A DNA stretch of 64,000 bases, taken from positions 6,880,001 through 6,944,000 of the forward strand of contig CBDBDQ010000005.1 in assembly GCA_965203905.1 (NCBI GenBank). Reading direction: 5' to 3'. Origin of the DNA: Spirochaetia bacterium. GTDB lineage: Bacteria > Spirochaetota > Spirochaetia > SZUA-6 > Bin103. Under the pieces are notes generated by a model. The model did no database searches. It was given only the letters and a program-made list of their open reading frames with translations, and was not told the origin of the DNA. Shown one piece after another: positions 1 through 8,548 of the stretch. Position numbers and translations under genes: made by a program. Each line of letters begins with the position of its first letter. The first letter of the stretch is position 1.

Positions 1-1218
1 GCCCTTCTTGAGCTCTTCGGGCCATTCCTCAAATAGGAACGCTCCCTTCATTCCCCTGCCTACTCGCCCCCGGGGTATCGTATCCGAGTAACCCTTGTAG
101 TAGGTATCGTTCATTGTCTCGACGTCCAGTGCCATCTGCATTGCCTTGCGCACCCTGATGTCGTCATAGGGCGGCTCGCTAGGGTTCAAGAATGTACCGG
201 TATCCGCTCGCAGTGCCCACTGGTGGATTACGAGCTCGGGGTTGGTGCGCTGGAGGCTCACTACCTGGTCTACGGAATTCAATAGGCCGCCGCCCTGTTC
301 ACCTATGAAATCGATCTTGGCCGAGCGCAATGCCGCCAGCCTTGTTGCCACTTCGGGTATAACCAGGAACCTTGTCTCGTCAACATAGGGCAAACGGTTC
401 TCCGGGTATTTTTCGTCGTAGCCCCAGTAGTCGGGATTCTTGGTCAGGCTAAAGGAGGTGCCCTCGACCACGTCAGTCAGCATGAAGGGTCCGGTGCCGA
501 CCAGGTTCCGCCAGTCGTATTCCTCGTGTTGCTCGATTACCTCACGGGCCTGTAGACCCGTTTGATGACTCTCCAAGACATGGTTCAGGGCTCTGAGCCT
601 TGGCTCCTTCAGCTTGAAAACAACCGTCCACTTGTCGGTGGCCGTTACCGATTCCCATGGTATACTGGTGAGTGTGGCAACACTGGCATGAGGGTTGGGT
701 CCGGCGTCGGTGAACTTGCCGAGACCCAACAGACGGTGGAAGTTGTATTCGACATCATCGGCAGTCACCTCCCGACCGTTCACCGGCGCCTTGTCATGAA
801 AGTGAACATTCTGACGGATGTGAAGGACGATCGTTTTGTCGTCGGGCTGTTCCCAGCTTTCAGCCAGCGCCCCCTTAAGGGCGTATAGAGGCGCCGGGTA
901 GCCGCCAATAAAAGGATATGTGTCCCTATCTATTGCCCAGTCCACCATGCCCATCTTCTCAATAACACTACCCATGATATCGGTAGTCCAGTTGGAAAAT
1001 GGGTCTTTGTCCGGACTCATCCGTATTGCGCCCACGGTCAATGTCCCGCCATACTCTGGCGCGGAGTACACCTTGCCGGTGACGGGGTCGGTCACATACC
1101 TCTTGTCGGCCGCGGCGGCGGTCGAACCCTCCTCTTCGCCGGCGGCCCAGAGGCCGGTAGCGGCCAGGACCAGGACGGACAGTACCGCAAGGCACTTTCC
1201 GAGCAGAACGTGTCTCAT
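1..1218 (-). CDS. ABC transporter substrate-binding protein, family 5 (3' end outside window)
   Basis: Not in ORF track; manual translation from ATG 1218: MRHVLLGKCLAVLSVLVLAATGLWAAGEEEGSTAAAADKRYVTDPVTGKVYSAPEYGGTLT..., later FHDKAPVNGREVTADDVEYNF, GTGPFML, NPDYWG, LPYVD motifs; GAGGAG RBS. Confidence 0.9.
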   Translation of the reverse strand, partial: MRHVLLGKCLAVLSVLVLAATGLWAAGEEEGSTAAAADKRYVTDPVTGKVYSAPEYGGTLTVGAIRMSPDKDPFSNWTTDIMGSVIEKMGMVDWAIDRDTYPFIGGYPAPLYALKGALAESWEQPDDKTIVLHIRQNVHFHDKAPVNGREVTADDVEYNFHRLLGLGKFTDAGPNPHASVATLTSIPWESVTATDKWTVVFKLKEPRLRALNHVLESHQTGLQAREVIEQHEEYDWRNLVGTGPFMLTDVVEGTSFSLTKNPDYWGYDEKYPENRLPYVDETRFLVIPEVATRLAALRSAKIDFIGEQGGGLLNSVDQVVSLQRTNPELVIHQWALRADTGTFLNPSEPPYDDIRVRKAMQMALDVETMNDTYYKGYSDTIPRGRVGRGMKGAFLFEEWPEELKKG

Positions 1219-1779
1219 GAGTCGACTCTCCTCTCGTCGTTGCGAGTCGTTTCCGGGAGCGCTCGCCTCACTGCCGGCCCTTCGCCCACTCCCGCGGCAT
1301 GCCTGCGCACGCGCAGGTAACCGAAAAGCGAAGGAGGCAGACTCCGGCGTGCCCGCGGCGAACGCGGGCCGCTCGGGCGTTAGTCGGGTGTCATCGATTC
1401 CCGGGCATCGATTGTCGGCGTTGTCCGTCTCACGGAAACACCTTGCCTCCTCCTTGCACGCGTGCACACGTCGACGGGATGGTGGCCGGCGTGGCAGGGA
1501 GCTGAGTGGCCGGCAACGCCGGCGGGTGGTTGTTGTGATGTGACTGGCGCGGGCGGGTGCGGGACGGCTGGGGTCGTCGCTGGAAATGACCGGCGGTCGG
1601 CACGCCGGTGCGGCCGGCGACGGAGCCGGCGCCACCCGGACCCGAGCGCGCTGCCAGGCAGGTGTTGGCCGCAGCGAATTCAGGAGCGTGCCCTGCGCAC
1701 GGGAAGGTGCGCTCGGGACACGAGCGGTGCTCAGAAGGAGCGCTTATTTCTTTACGAGCGAGAAGAAGTAGTTTCCCCC

Positions 1780-1790
1780 GGGGGGGGGGG
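1780..1790. repeat. G11 homopolymer tract (preceded by C5)
   Basis: gtttcccccggggggggggg read directly. Confidence 0.9.
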
Positions 1791-1879
1791 ATGTACCGGC
1801 GGCGCTGCTGGAGTCAGCCGGCGACAGGGCCGGGTTGCCTGGTCACGCCAAATCCACATCCATCCGAGTCCCAACCGCC

Positions 1880-1907
1880 ACTGTACCACACGCCCGCCAC
1901 CGGTCAA
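1880..1907 (-). promoter_or_regulatory. Putative sigma70 promoter facing the SBP gene
   Basis: TTGACC (1907-1902), 16-bp spacer, extended TGn-TACAGT (1885-1880). Confidence 0.5.
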
Positions 1908-1954
1908 GCACGCGTTTGCAATGCAACGTTCGTTCGGGCCGATCGGCCGATGAA

Positions 1955-2135
1955 TCATATCGCGCCGCTCAAGCGGCGCCTCCAGGTCTCGATCCGCTCC
2001 AACTCCTTGCGCAGCACCTTGTACTCCACCACGAAGCGGCGCTCACGCCCGCCCTGCGGCCATACGATCAGCAGTCGGTGCGCCCGTGCCCCAGCGCGTA
2101 CTCCCGCTCGATCCCCCCACCGCCGTTCACGATGC
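1955..2135 (-). pseudogene. C-terminal remnant of an AAA/ATP-binding protein with PD-(D/E)XK-like tail
   Basis: RIVNGGGGIEREYALGHGRTD, frameshift, LLIVWPQGGRERRFVVEYKVLRKELERI. Confidence 0.65.
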
Positions 2136-2186
2136 GCGCCCCGGGAATACCTGCAGGGTGTCTTGAGTGTCCCATGATACCGCCTC

Positions 2187-3092
2187 TCACCCCCGCTCCG
2201 GGTCGATGCCCGACCGGCGCAGGAGCGCCGCCAGCCGTTCGGCCCGTCGGCGCTCCTCACTCAGTAGGTGCTCCGCGTGCTCGGCACGTTGGCGTTCCTG
2301 ATCCGCGCGTTGGCCTTCCTGATCCGCGCGCTGGCGTTGTTCCCTGCCCGTCGGAATCAGCACGTCCTGCTCGTCCATCCAGCGCAGCCACCCGCTCCAC
2401 CACACGCCCTCGAACTCCCCCTCCCACAGCCTCAGTCCCAACCGCAGCTCCGGGAACCGGGGCCGCTCTTGGCGTTCGTAGCTCCCGTTCCGCAACCGAT
2501 ACACGCGCAGATCGTCCCGCATCACCCGATGAAACGGATCGTAGATCACGTAGTACCCCACTCCCATGCGCGCGTAGCTGAGCCTCTTGCTCCCTACCTC
2601 GTTGCCTTCCCGGTTCGAGACGATCTCCACCACCAGATCCGGTGGCTTGCCGAACTCCCACACGAAATAGGAGCGGTGCCTCTTGTCCCACCAGTTGTCC
2701 GCCACCTGCACGTCCAGGCTCACGAACACGTCCGGCACGATCGCGGGGTTGCGCGCCTCCCCAAACACGCCGACGTTGGCAGCCGCAAGAAACGTGCGCC
2801 CGCCGCCCGGACCGGCCCACGAGCTGTACAGCGGCTCGGTGAGCAGCCGTTGCTGCTTCTCAGAGGGCATGTTGTCCACCGGCGTTTCATCCTCGGTCAC
2901 CAGAGATTCGATGTCGACACTCACTGCCGGCGGCGCCGCCACCGCAACCCCTGCCCCCTGGACCGTGGCCGCACGCGGCACGCTCGAGGCCGGCCTCGTG
3001 AGCACCCTGTCCGGCGGGGCCGGCTCCGCTCCGGGGGCGCTGGATTGTGGATCAAGCGCGGAATGACCACGGTGGGGGTTAGTCGGCTCCAT
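2187..3092 (-). CDS. Uma2 family (DUF820) endonuclease-fold protein with coiled-coil tail
   Basis: IVPDVFV, PDLVVEIVS, YARMGVGYYVIYDP motifs; 21-bp tandem QRADQE repeats at C-terminus. Confidence 0.9.
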   Translation of the reverse strand: MEPTNPHRGHSALDPQSSAPGAEPAPPDRVLTRPASSVPRAATVQGAGVAVAAPPAVSVDIESLVTEDETPVDNMPSEKQQRLLTEPLYSSWAGPGGGRTFLAAANVGVFGEARNPAIVPDVFVSLDVQVADNWWDKRHRSYFVWEFGKPPDLVVEIVSNREGNEVGSKRLSYARMGVGYYVIYDPFHRVMRDDLRVYRLRNGSYERQERPRFPELRLGLRLWEGEFEGVWWSGWLRWMDEQDVLIPTGREQRQRADQEGQRADQERQRAEHAEHLLSEERRRAERLAALLRRSGIDPERG

Positions 3093-3241
3093 GCGGTCAC
3101 CAGCATACACCGAGCAAGCAGCAACAGCCACTCCGCAGCACGTTGCCTTCAGAGACCTGCTGGACCCGAGGATGAGTGGCAGTGGGGGCGTCTCGATACC
3201 GCTGGCGCCGGATTTCCGCGCGCATCCCGATTTGAGGGTTG

Positions 3242-3476
3242 CTATTGCGCCAGCCTCGGGTCGTAACGGAAGCGGGAGATGGGTCCCGTCCGGATTGCAC
3301 CGAAGTCGGGGTGCTCGGGATTGACGATGTAGTTGGTTTCGTCGCGGACTACGGCGCTCAGCACCTGCAGCACTGCAGACCGCGCGTGATCGATCCAGCC
3401 GTCACCGATTTCCTGAGTGACGGGGTAAAGGCTCGGTGGCGAACTCCGGCGCGGCCAGACGCCAGCCGGTGATCAA
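3242..3476 (-). pseudogene. RES-domain toxin with large internal deletion
   Basis: Start MITGWRLAAPEFATE overlaps antitoxin stop, then jumps to C-terminal TQEIGDGWIDHARSAVLQVLSAVVRDETNYIVNPEHPDF...FRYDPRL; middle missing. Confidence 0.8.
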
Positions 3477-3950
3477 CTGAATACGCCATGCCGTAGTCGG
3501 CCGATGAGGTGCTCGACGTCGCGGGCTCCCGTTTCCGTTGACGCACGCTGGAGGGGCGTCTCCCGGTCCAGGAGATCATGTGGCGTGCGCAGCCACCGCC
3601 CGGCGCCACTCGCGTCGCCCCGCATCATGGCCACGGCCATCGCCTCCAGGCGAGCGACACGTACCAGCCGGTCCGACTCCGCCGGCGTCAATATGCCGCT
3701 CCGCTTCCGCGGGCGAGGGTAGTTGCCGGGATGCCGACGGTCGCCGCCAGTTCCCCCTGCTATCCGCCGATGGCCATTGCCAGTTCATCGAACATGGAAA
3801 AGGCAGACCGCTGCGCACCATCTTGAGCACGCCGCGCCCATGCAGCAGGGCGAACAGGCCGCCGTTCGGCGCGTGGCCCGTGGCGTACTGCGTGGCTGGC
3901 TCCGCGACGCCCCGTTCGGGCGACTCGGAAACCTGTTGCCGGGTGGGCAT
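3473..3950 (-). pseudogene. Xre/MbcA/ParS-type antitoxin, disrupted
   Basis: VRSGLPF / SMFDELAMAIGG*QGELAATVGIPATTLAR / RKRSGILTPAESDRLVRVARL...WLRTPH..L...PL...STETGARDVEHLIGRLRHGVFS; two frameshifts and an in-frame TAG; start approximate. Confidence 0.8.
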
Positions 3951-4059
3951 GACGCCGGAACGCGGCTTCGGGACTCCGCTATCGCCTGATTGCTCCATAT
4001 GGTATTCCCGACATCGTCAAGCATGCGTTGCGGATGTTGCGGATTTGCGGATGGGGTGC

Positions 4060-4127
4060 GTTGATGCGGCCCGCTCCCGAGGGATGGCGGTAGTCGCTAC
4101 CGGACCTGTGGTGTTGAACGTACGCAC
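4060..4127 (-). pseudogene. N-terminal remnant of AAA/ATP-binding protein
   Basis: GTG start VRTFNTTGPV...AIP...RIN resembles the MRxFNTxGPV N-terminus of the family whose C-terminus is at 1955-2135. Confidence 0.45.
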
Positions 4128-4188
4128 GGCCGCCGTTGTCGAAGGACGTGGTGCGGTTGTCATCCTCGCGTGCTGCGGCTGCTGCGGC

Positions 4189-5325
4189 TTAGTGCGGTGC
4201 GTAGGGGTCGGCGGCGTCGCGCAGGCCGTCGCCGACGAAGTTGAAGGCCAGCACGGTAACGATGATGAACAGCCCCGGTATCAGCAGCCACGGCGCCAGA
4301 CCGAGGGTGTGGATGTTCTGCGCCTCGCTGAGCAGCACGCCCCAACTGACCACCGGCGGGCGCAGACCCAGGCCGAGGAAGCTCAGCGAGGTCTCGGCCA
4401 GGATCATCGACGGCACGCTGAGGGTCAGGGCCACGATGACGTAGCTCAGGAACGACGGGATCAGATGCCTGGTGATGATCGCCGGATCGGTGGTGCCGGC
4501 GATCCTCCCCGCCATCACGAAGTCCTCTTCGCGCAGGCTCAGCAGCTTGCCGCGCACCACCCGTGCCAGGTCGGTCCAGCCGATGAGGGAAACGATGATG
4601 GTGATGCCGAAGTAGATCCTGATGGCCGACCAGTGCACCGGCAGCGCGGCCGCCAGGGCCATCCACAGCGGCAGCACCGGAATGGAGCGGATGAACTCGA
4701 TGAGGCGCTGCACCACGACGTCGGTGGCGCCGCCGAAATACCCGGACGCGCCGCCGATGCCGATCCCCAGCACAAAGCTCAGTACCACTCCGATCAGCCC
4801 GATCGACAGCGAGACCCGGGCCCCGAACACCATGCGGCTGAACATGTCGCGGCCCAGGCCGTCGGTCCCGAACAGGTGGGCGGTGCCTCCCTCCACGCCG
4901 AACAGGTGCAGGTCGCTCTCGAACAGGCCCCACAGCTTGTAGTCCGCGCCGCGCACGAACAGGCGCAGCGGGTAGCGCTGCGACCGCTCCTCGGTGTAGA
5001 TGCGGCGCCAGGTGCGATCGTCGACCCGCGACGTGTACGCGTACACGAAGGGGCGCAGGTGCAGGCCGTCGTCACTGACGAAACGCAGCCGCTGCGGCGG
5101 GGCCAGCAGCACGTCGGTGATCTCCTCCATGTCGTAGGGGGCGATGAACCCGCTGAACCCGGCCGCGAGATACATCACCAGCAGAATGACACCGCCGACC
5201 AGGGCCAGCCGGTGCTTCTTGAAGCGCCACCACATCAACTGGTAGTGGGATGCCAGGTAGAACCGTTCGCGACTGGCCTGGGCGTTGCCCCGAGCGGTAC
5301 CGGTGCCGCTCCGCTCCCCCGCCAC
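4189..5325 (-). CDS. ABC transporter permease, OppC/DppC type
   Basis: LFGTDGLGRD, REEDFVMAGRIAG (EAA loop), FNFVGDGLRDAADP; GTG start overlaps upstream stop. Confidence 0.93.
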   Translation of the reverse strand: MAGERSGTGTARGNAQASRERFYLASHYQLMWWRFKKHRLALVGGVILLVMYLAAGFSGFIAPYDMEEITDVLLAPPQRLRFVSDDGLHLRPFVYAYTSRVDDRTWRRIYTEERSQRYPLRLFVRGADYKLWGLFESDLHLFGVEGGTAHLFGTDGLGRDMFSRMVFGARVSLSIGLIGVVLSFVLGIGIGGASGYFGGATDVVVQRLIEFIRSIPVLPLWMALAAALPVHWSAIRIYFGITIIVSLIGWTDLARVVRGKLLSLREEDFVMAGRIAGTTDPAIITRHLIPSFLSYVIVALTLSVPSMILAETSLSFLGLGLRPPVVSWGVLLSEAQNIHTLGLAPWLLIPGLFIIVTVLAFNFVGDGLRDAADPYAPH

Positions 5326-6314
5326 TACTGCTCCATCCTGATGCGCGGGTCCATGGCGGCGAGCAGGACGTCCGAGATGAAGGTCCCCACCACGGTGAGG
5401 ATGGAGAGAATCAGGATGAACGCGCCGGCCAGGAACATGTCCTGGCTCAGCAGCGAGTTCAGCAGCAGCGGTCCGGTGGTGGGCAGGCTGAGCACCACCG
5501 CCACGATGGGCGCCCCCGAGACGATGGTGGTGAGCTGCCAGCCGATCGTGCTGACCAGGGGATTGAGCGCGATCCGCACCGGGTACTTGTAGACCAGCGT
5601 GCTCTCCTTGAGCCCCTTGGAGCGGGCCGTGATCACGTACTGCTTCTGCAGCTCGTCCAGCAGCATGCCGCGCATCACCCGGATCAGCCCGGCGGTGCCC
5701 GCGGTGCCCAGGACGATCACCGGGATCCACAGGTGCGAGAGCATGTCCAGCACCTTGCCGACGCTCCAGCCCGCCTCCAGGTACTGCGGCGAGAACAACC
5801 CGCCGACGCTGGCCCCGAGGTACTGGAAGCCGACGTACATGAGGATCAGCGCCAGCAGGAAGTTGGGCGTCGCCAGCCCGGTGTAGCCGATGACGGTGAA
5901 GAAGAAGTCACCCGGGGAGTACTTGTTGAGGGCCGAGTAGATGCCGATCGGGATGGACACGACGTAGGTGAACACCAGCGTCGCCATGGCCATGATGGCG
6001 GTCATGGCCAGCCGTTCCCAGATCAGGTCCCGGGCCGGCCGGTCATAGGCGAACGAGCGGCCGAAGTCGCCGCGGGTGACGATCCGCCAGACCCACTGTG
6101 CGTACTGGGCGTAGAGCGGCCGGTCCAGCCCGTAGTGCAGCCGCAGCGCCAGGAGCTCCTCTTCCGACGCGCGCGAACCTTCCTCTTCCAACTGGGCGAT
6201 GTAGGTGGTCAGGTAATCGCCGGGAGGGAGCTGGATGAGGCCGAACGCGACGACCGACACGGCCAGCACCGTCAACAGCATGTAGAGGAAACGGCGCACC
6301 ACGTAGTCGATCAT
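5325..6314 (-). CDS. ABC transporter permease, OppB/DppB type
   Basis: IQLPPGDY, GDFGRSF, YVITARSKGL, DPRIR. Confidence 0.95.
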   Translation of the reverse strand: MIDYVVRRFLYMLLTVLAVSVVAFGLIQLPPGDYLTTYIAQLEEEGSRASEEELLALRLHYGLDRPLYAQYAQWVWRIVTRGDFGRSFAYDRPARDLIWERLAMTAIMAMATLVFTYVVSIPIGIYSALNKYSPGDFFFTVIGYTGLATPNFLLALILMYVGFQYLGASVGGLFSPQYLEAGWSVGKVLDMLSHLWIPVIVLGTAGTAGLIRVMRGMLLDELQKQYVITARSKGLKESTLVYKYPVRIALNPLVSTIGWQLTTIVSGAPIVAVVLSLPTTGPLLLNSLLSQDMFLAGAFILILSILTVVGTFISDVLLAAMDPRIRMEQ

Positions 6315-6336
6315 CGGATATGGCTCCGGGTAGCAG

Positions 6337-6368
6337 CGGGCCCCGCCCCCAGGGGGGAGCGGAGCCCG
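6337..6368 (-). other. GC-rich stem-loop between SBP and permease genes
   Basis: CGGGCCCCGCCCCC-AGG-GGGGAGCGGAGCCCG imperfect inverted repeat; no U-tract. Confidence 0.55.
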
Positions 6369-6390
6369 ACAACGCGCTGACGCCTACCCT

Positions 6391-8424
6391 CTAAAACGAG
6401 AACTGCTCTACCAGGTAGGGTGAGAAGAAGTCGAAGTCAGCCGCGTACACGCCCTCTCGCGGCGCGTTCACCAGCGAGTTGTGGAAGATCGCCGGCTGGA
6501 AGGTAATGCCGACCGTACCGATGCTGTAGAGCCCGCGCACGTTGCTGCCGGCGATATCGCGGCCCAGCTCCAGCCAGCGCTCGGTGCCCGATGGGGTCTT
6601 GGCCAGCTCCTCGGCCACCTCGTAGATGTGCTTCACGTCGTCCGGCGGCTCCTCGCCGCGGGCGCCGCCGGTGGCGTACCACTCGGCCCACGGCCGCCCG
6701 GAACCGAACCATGGCGGCGCGAACCAGCCGGGGAACTCGGTGAACATGCCGTGACCGGTGTTGCGACCGTAGTGGTGCGACGACATCTGCATCTGGTTGG
6801 CCCGCATCCGGGTCAGCACCAACTCGTCGGAGCCTTCCTTCACGACCACGTTGACCCCGATCGCCTTCCAGTGGCTGGACGCGAGCTGGTTGATGGTGGC
6901 CTTCGGCCCCTCGGTGGGCCGGTACTCCAGGATGATGTCGAGGCGTTTTCCGTCGGGGCGCAGGCGGAACTCGCCGTCGGCGTCCCACTGCAGCCCGATC
7001 TCATCGAGGATGGCATTGGCACGATCGGGGGCGTAGTCGGTGAAGTACTCGCCCATCCAGTCTTCGTAGAACGGGTTGCTCGGATCCACCGACCAAGCCC
7101 GTGGAATGGCTCGGCCCAACAGCGCCACCTCGTTGATCTGGTCACGGTTGAGCGCCAATGACATCGCCTGCCGGAAGCGAATGTCGTTGAACAACTCGCG
7201 CAGCACCGGGTCCTCGTTGTAGGTCAGGTTCAACTGGTAGGCCTGGATCGACGAGCGCGGATTCACCAGCAACACGGTGCGGTAGTCGCCCTTGGCCTCA
7301 CTCTCCCGGTAGAGCGGGTAGTTCTCGAGGGTGAGGTAGAACGACGAGTAGTGGACCTCGCCCGCCATCGAACGCAGGTTGGCCACCTCCTGGTTTTCGA
7401 TTACCACCCGCACTTGGCGATCCATGTAGGGAAGCTGGTTGCCGGCGGTATCGATCTTCCAGAAGTAGGGGTTGCGGGCGAAGTAGTGGTTACCCACCGA
7501 GTCGACGCTGTCGATTATCCACGTCGTGAGCCGCGGAAAATCCATGTCGTCCTGCACGTTGCGCACGTCGTGGGCGCGAAACAGCTCGACCCAGGTGTCG
7601 TGGCCCTGTTCCTTGGCGAGATCGCCGGCCTTCGCGTTGTACTTGATGTGAAACTGCGAAAGGTAGTGCTTGGGATCCACCGGGAACGACCGTGAGTCGG
7701 ATCGCTTCATGCTCAGGAAATGGAGAATCAACGGATGCGGCACCGCAAAGCGGAAACGAACTGTGAGGTCGTCCACCGCCTCGACCTTGACCAGCTCGCC
7801 ACCGGGCCGCCAGATTCCCCGATTGGCGGGCGTGAGCTCCTCGTTGCTGGCTACGTCTTCGTACCAGAACAGGAAGTCCGCCGAGGTAAGGGGCTCGCCG
7901 TCACTCCAACGCATGCCGTTGCGCAGGTGAAGGGTAAGCGCACTGGCGTCATCGTTGAACTCGTATGCCAGCGGGATGTTGGGAAGGATCTCCTTCAGGT
8001 CGTATTGGACCAACATCTGCAGGCGGGGACGTCTGGTGTCCACGTCGACGGCGCGCGCTCCGGTGGCCAGGGCCCTGAGGTCGCCGCCGTAGGTGCCGAT
8101 CCGCTCCAGCGGTTCGATGACCTGGGGCTCGTCGGGAAGGCGGTCCTCCACCGGCGGCAGCTCGCCGGCAGCCACCAGCGCCGCCAGCGCGGGCGCCTCG
8201 TTGAAGCTGGTTATCCGGTTGCCCGTCTCGCGCTCGTATTGCGAGAGCGTCACGTAGATTTTCGGCGTCAGGGTCGAGTACTCTCCCGGCGCCAACTCCG
8301 CCGCCCCTGACGCGGCGGCCTCCACCGGCGCCTCGCTTGCGGGTGCGGCGAAAGCCGGCGCGACCGCCAGCGCCAACAGCAGAACTCCCACGAAACCGAA
8401 ACGAACCACGCTTGTGTTCGACAT
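6391..8424 (-). CDS. ABC transporter substrate-binding protein, family 5
   Basis: Signal peptide, EAPALAALVAAGELPPVEDRLP, WSDGEPLTSAD, RNPYFWKIDTAGNQLPY; GAGGAGG RBS. Confidence 0.95.
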   Translation of the reverse strand: MSNTSVVRFGFVGVLLLALAVAPAFAAPASEAPVEAAASGAAELAPGEYSTLTPKIYVTLSQYERETGNRITSFNEAPALAALVAAGELPPVEDRLPDEPQVIEPLERIGTYGGDLRALATGARAVDVDTRRPRLQMLVQYDLKEILPNIPLAYEFNDDASALTLHLRNGMRWSDGEPLTSADFLFWYEDVASNEELTPANRGIWRPGGELVKVEAVDDLTVRFRFAVPHPLILHFLSMKRSDSRSFPVDPKHYLSQFHIKYNAKAGDLAKEQGHDTWVELFRAHDVRNVQDDMDFPRLTTWIIDSVDSVGNHYFARNPYFWKIDTAGNQLPYMDRQVRVVIENQEVANLRSMAGEVHYSSFYLTLENYPLYRESEAKGDYRTVLLVNPRSSIQAYQLNLTYNEDPVLRELFNDIRFRQAMSLALNRDQINEVALLGRAIPRAWSVDPSNPFYEDWMGEYFTDYAPDRANAILDEIGLQWDADGEFRLRPDGKRLDIILEYRPTEGPKATINQLASSHWKAIGVNVVVKEGSDELVLTRMRANQMQMSSHHYGRNTGHGMFTEFPGWFAPPWFGSGRPWAEWYATGGARGEEPPDDVKHIYEVAEELAKTPSGTERWLELGRDIAGSNVRGLYSIGTVGITFQPAIFHNSLVNAPREGVYAADFDFFSPYLVEQFSF

Positions 8425-8548
8425 GGCGTCCTCCTCGAAGGTTAATCGGTCGAGCCTACCACCCGTCCGGGGCGGCGTCAAAACCGACAGGCCGCGCCGC
8501 CCGCCATCAAGCGAACTTGCTGGTCACCACGCCGTCAACGACGAATAC

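Noticed and set aside
4028-4053. Three tandem TTGCGGAT units
   Set aside because: Too short, no spacers or associated gene; at most a slippage scar
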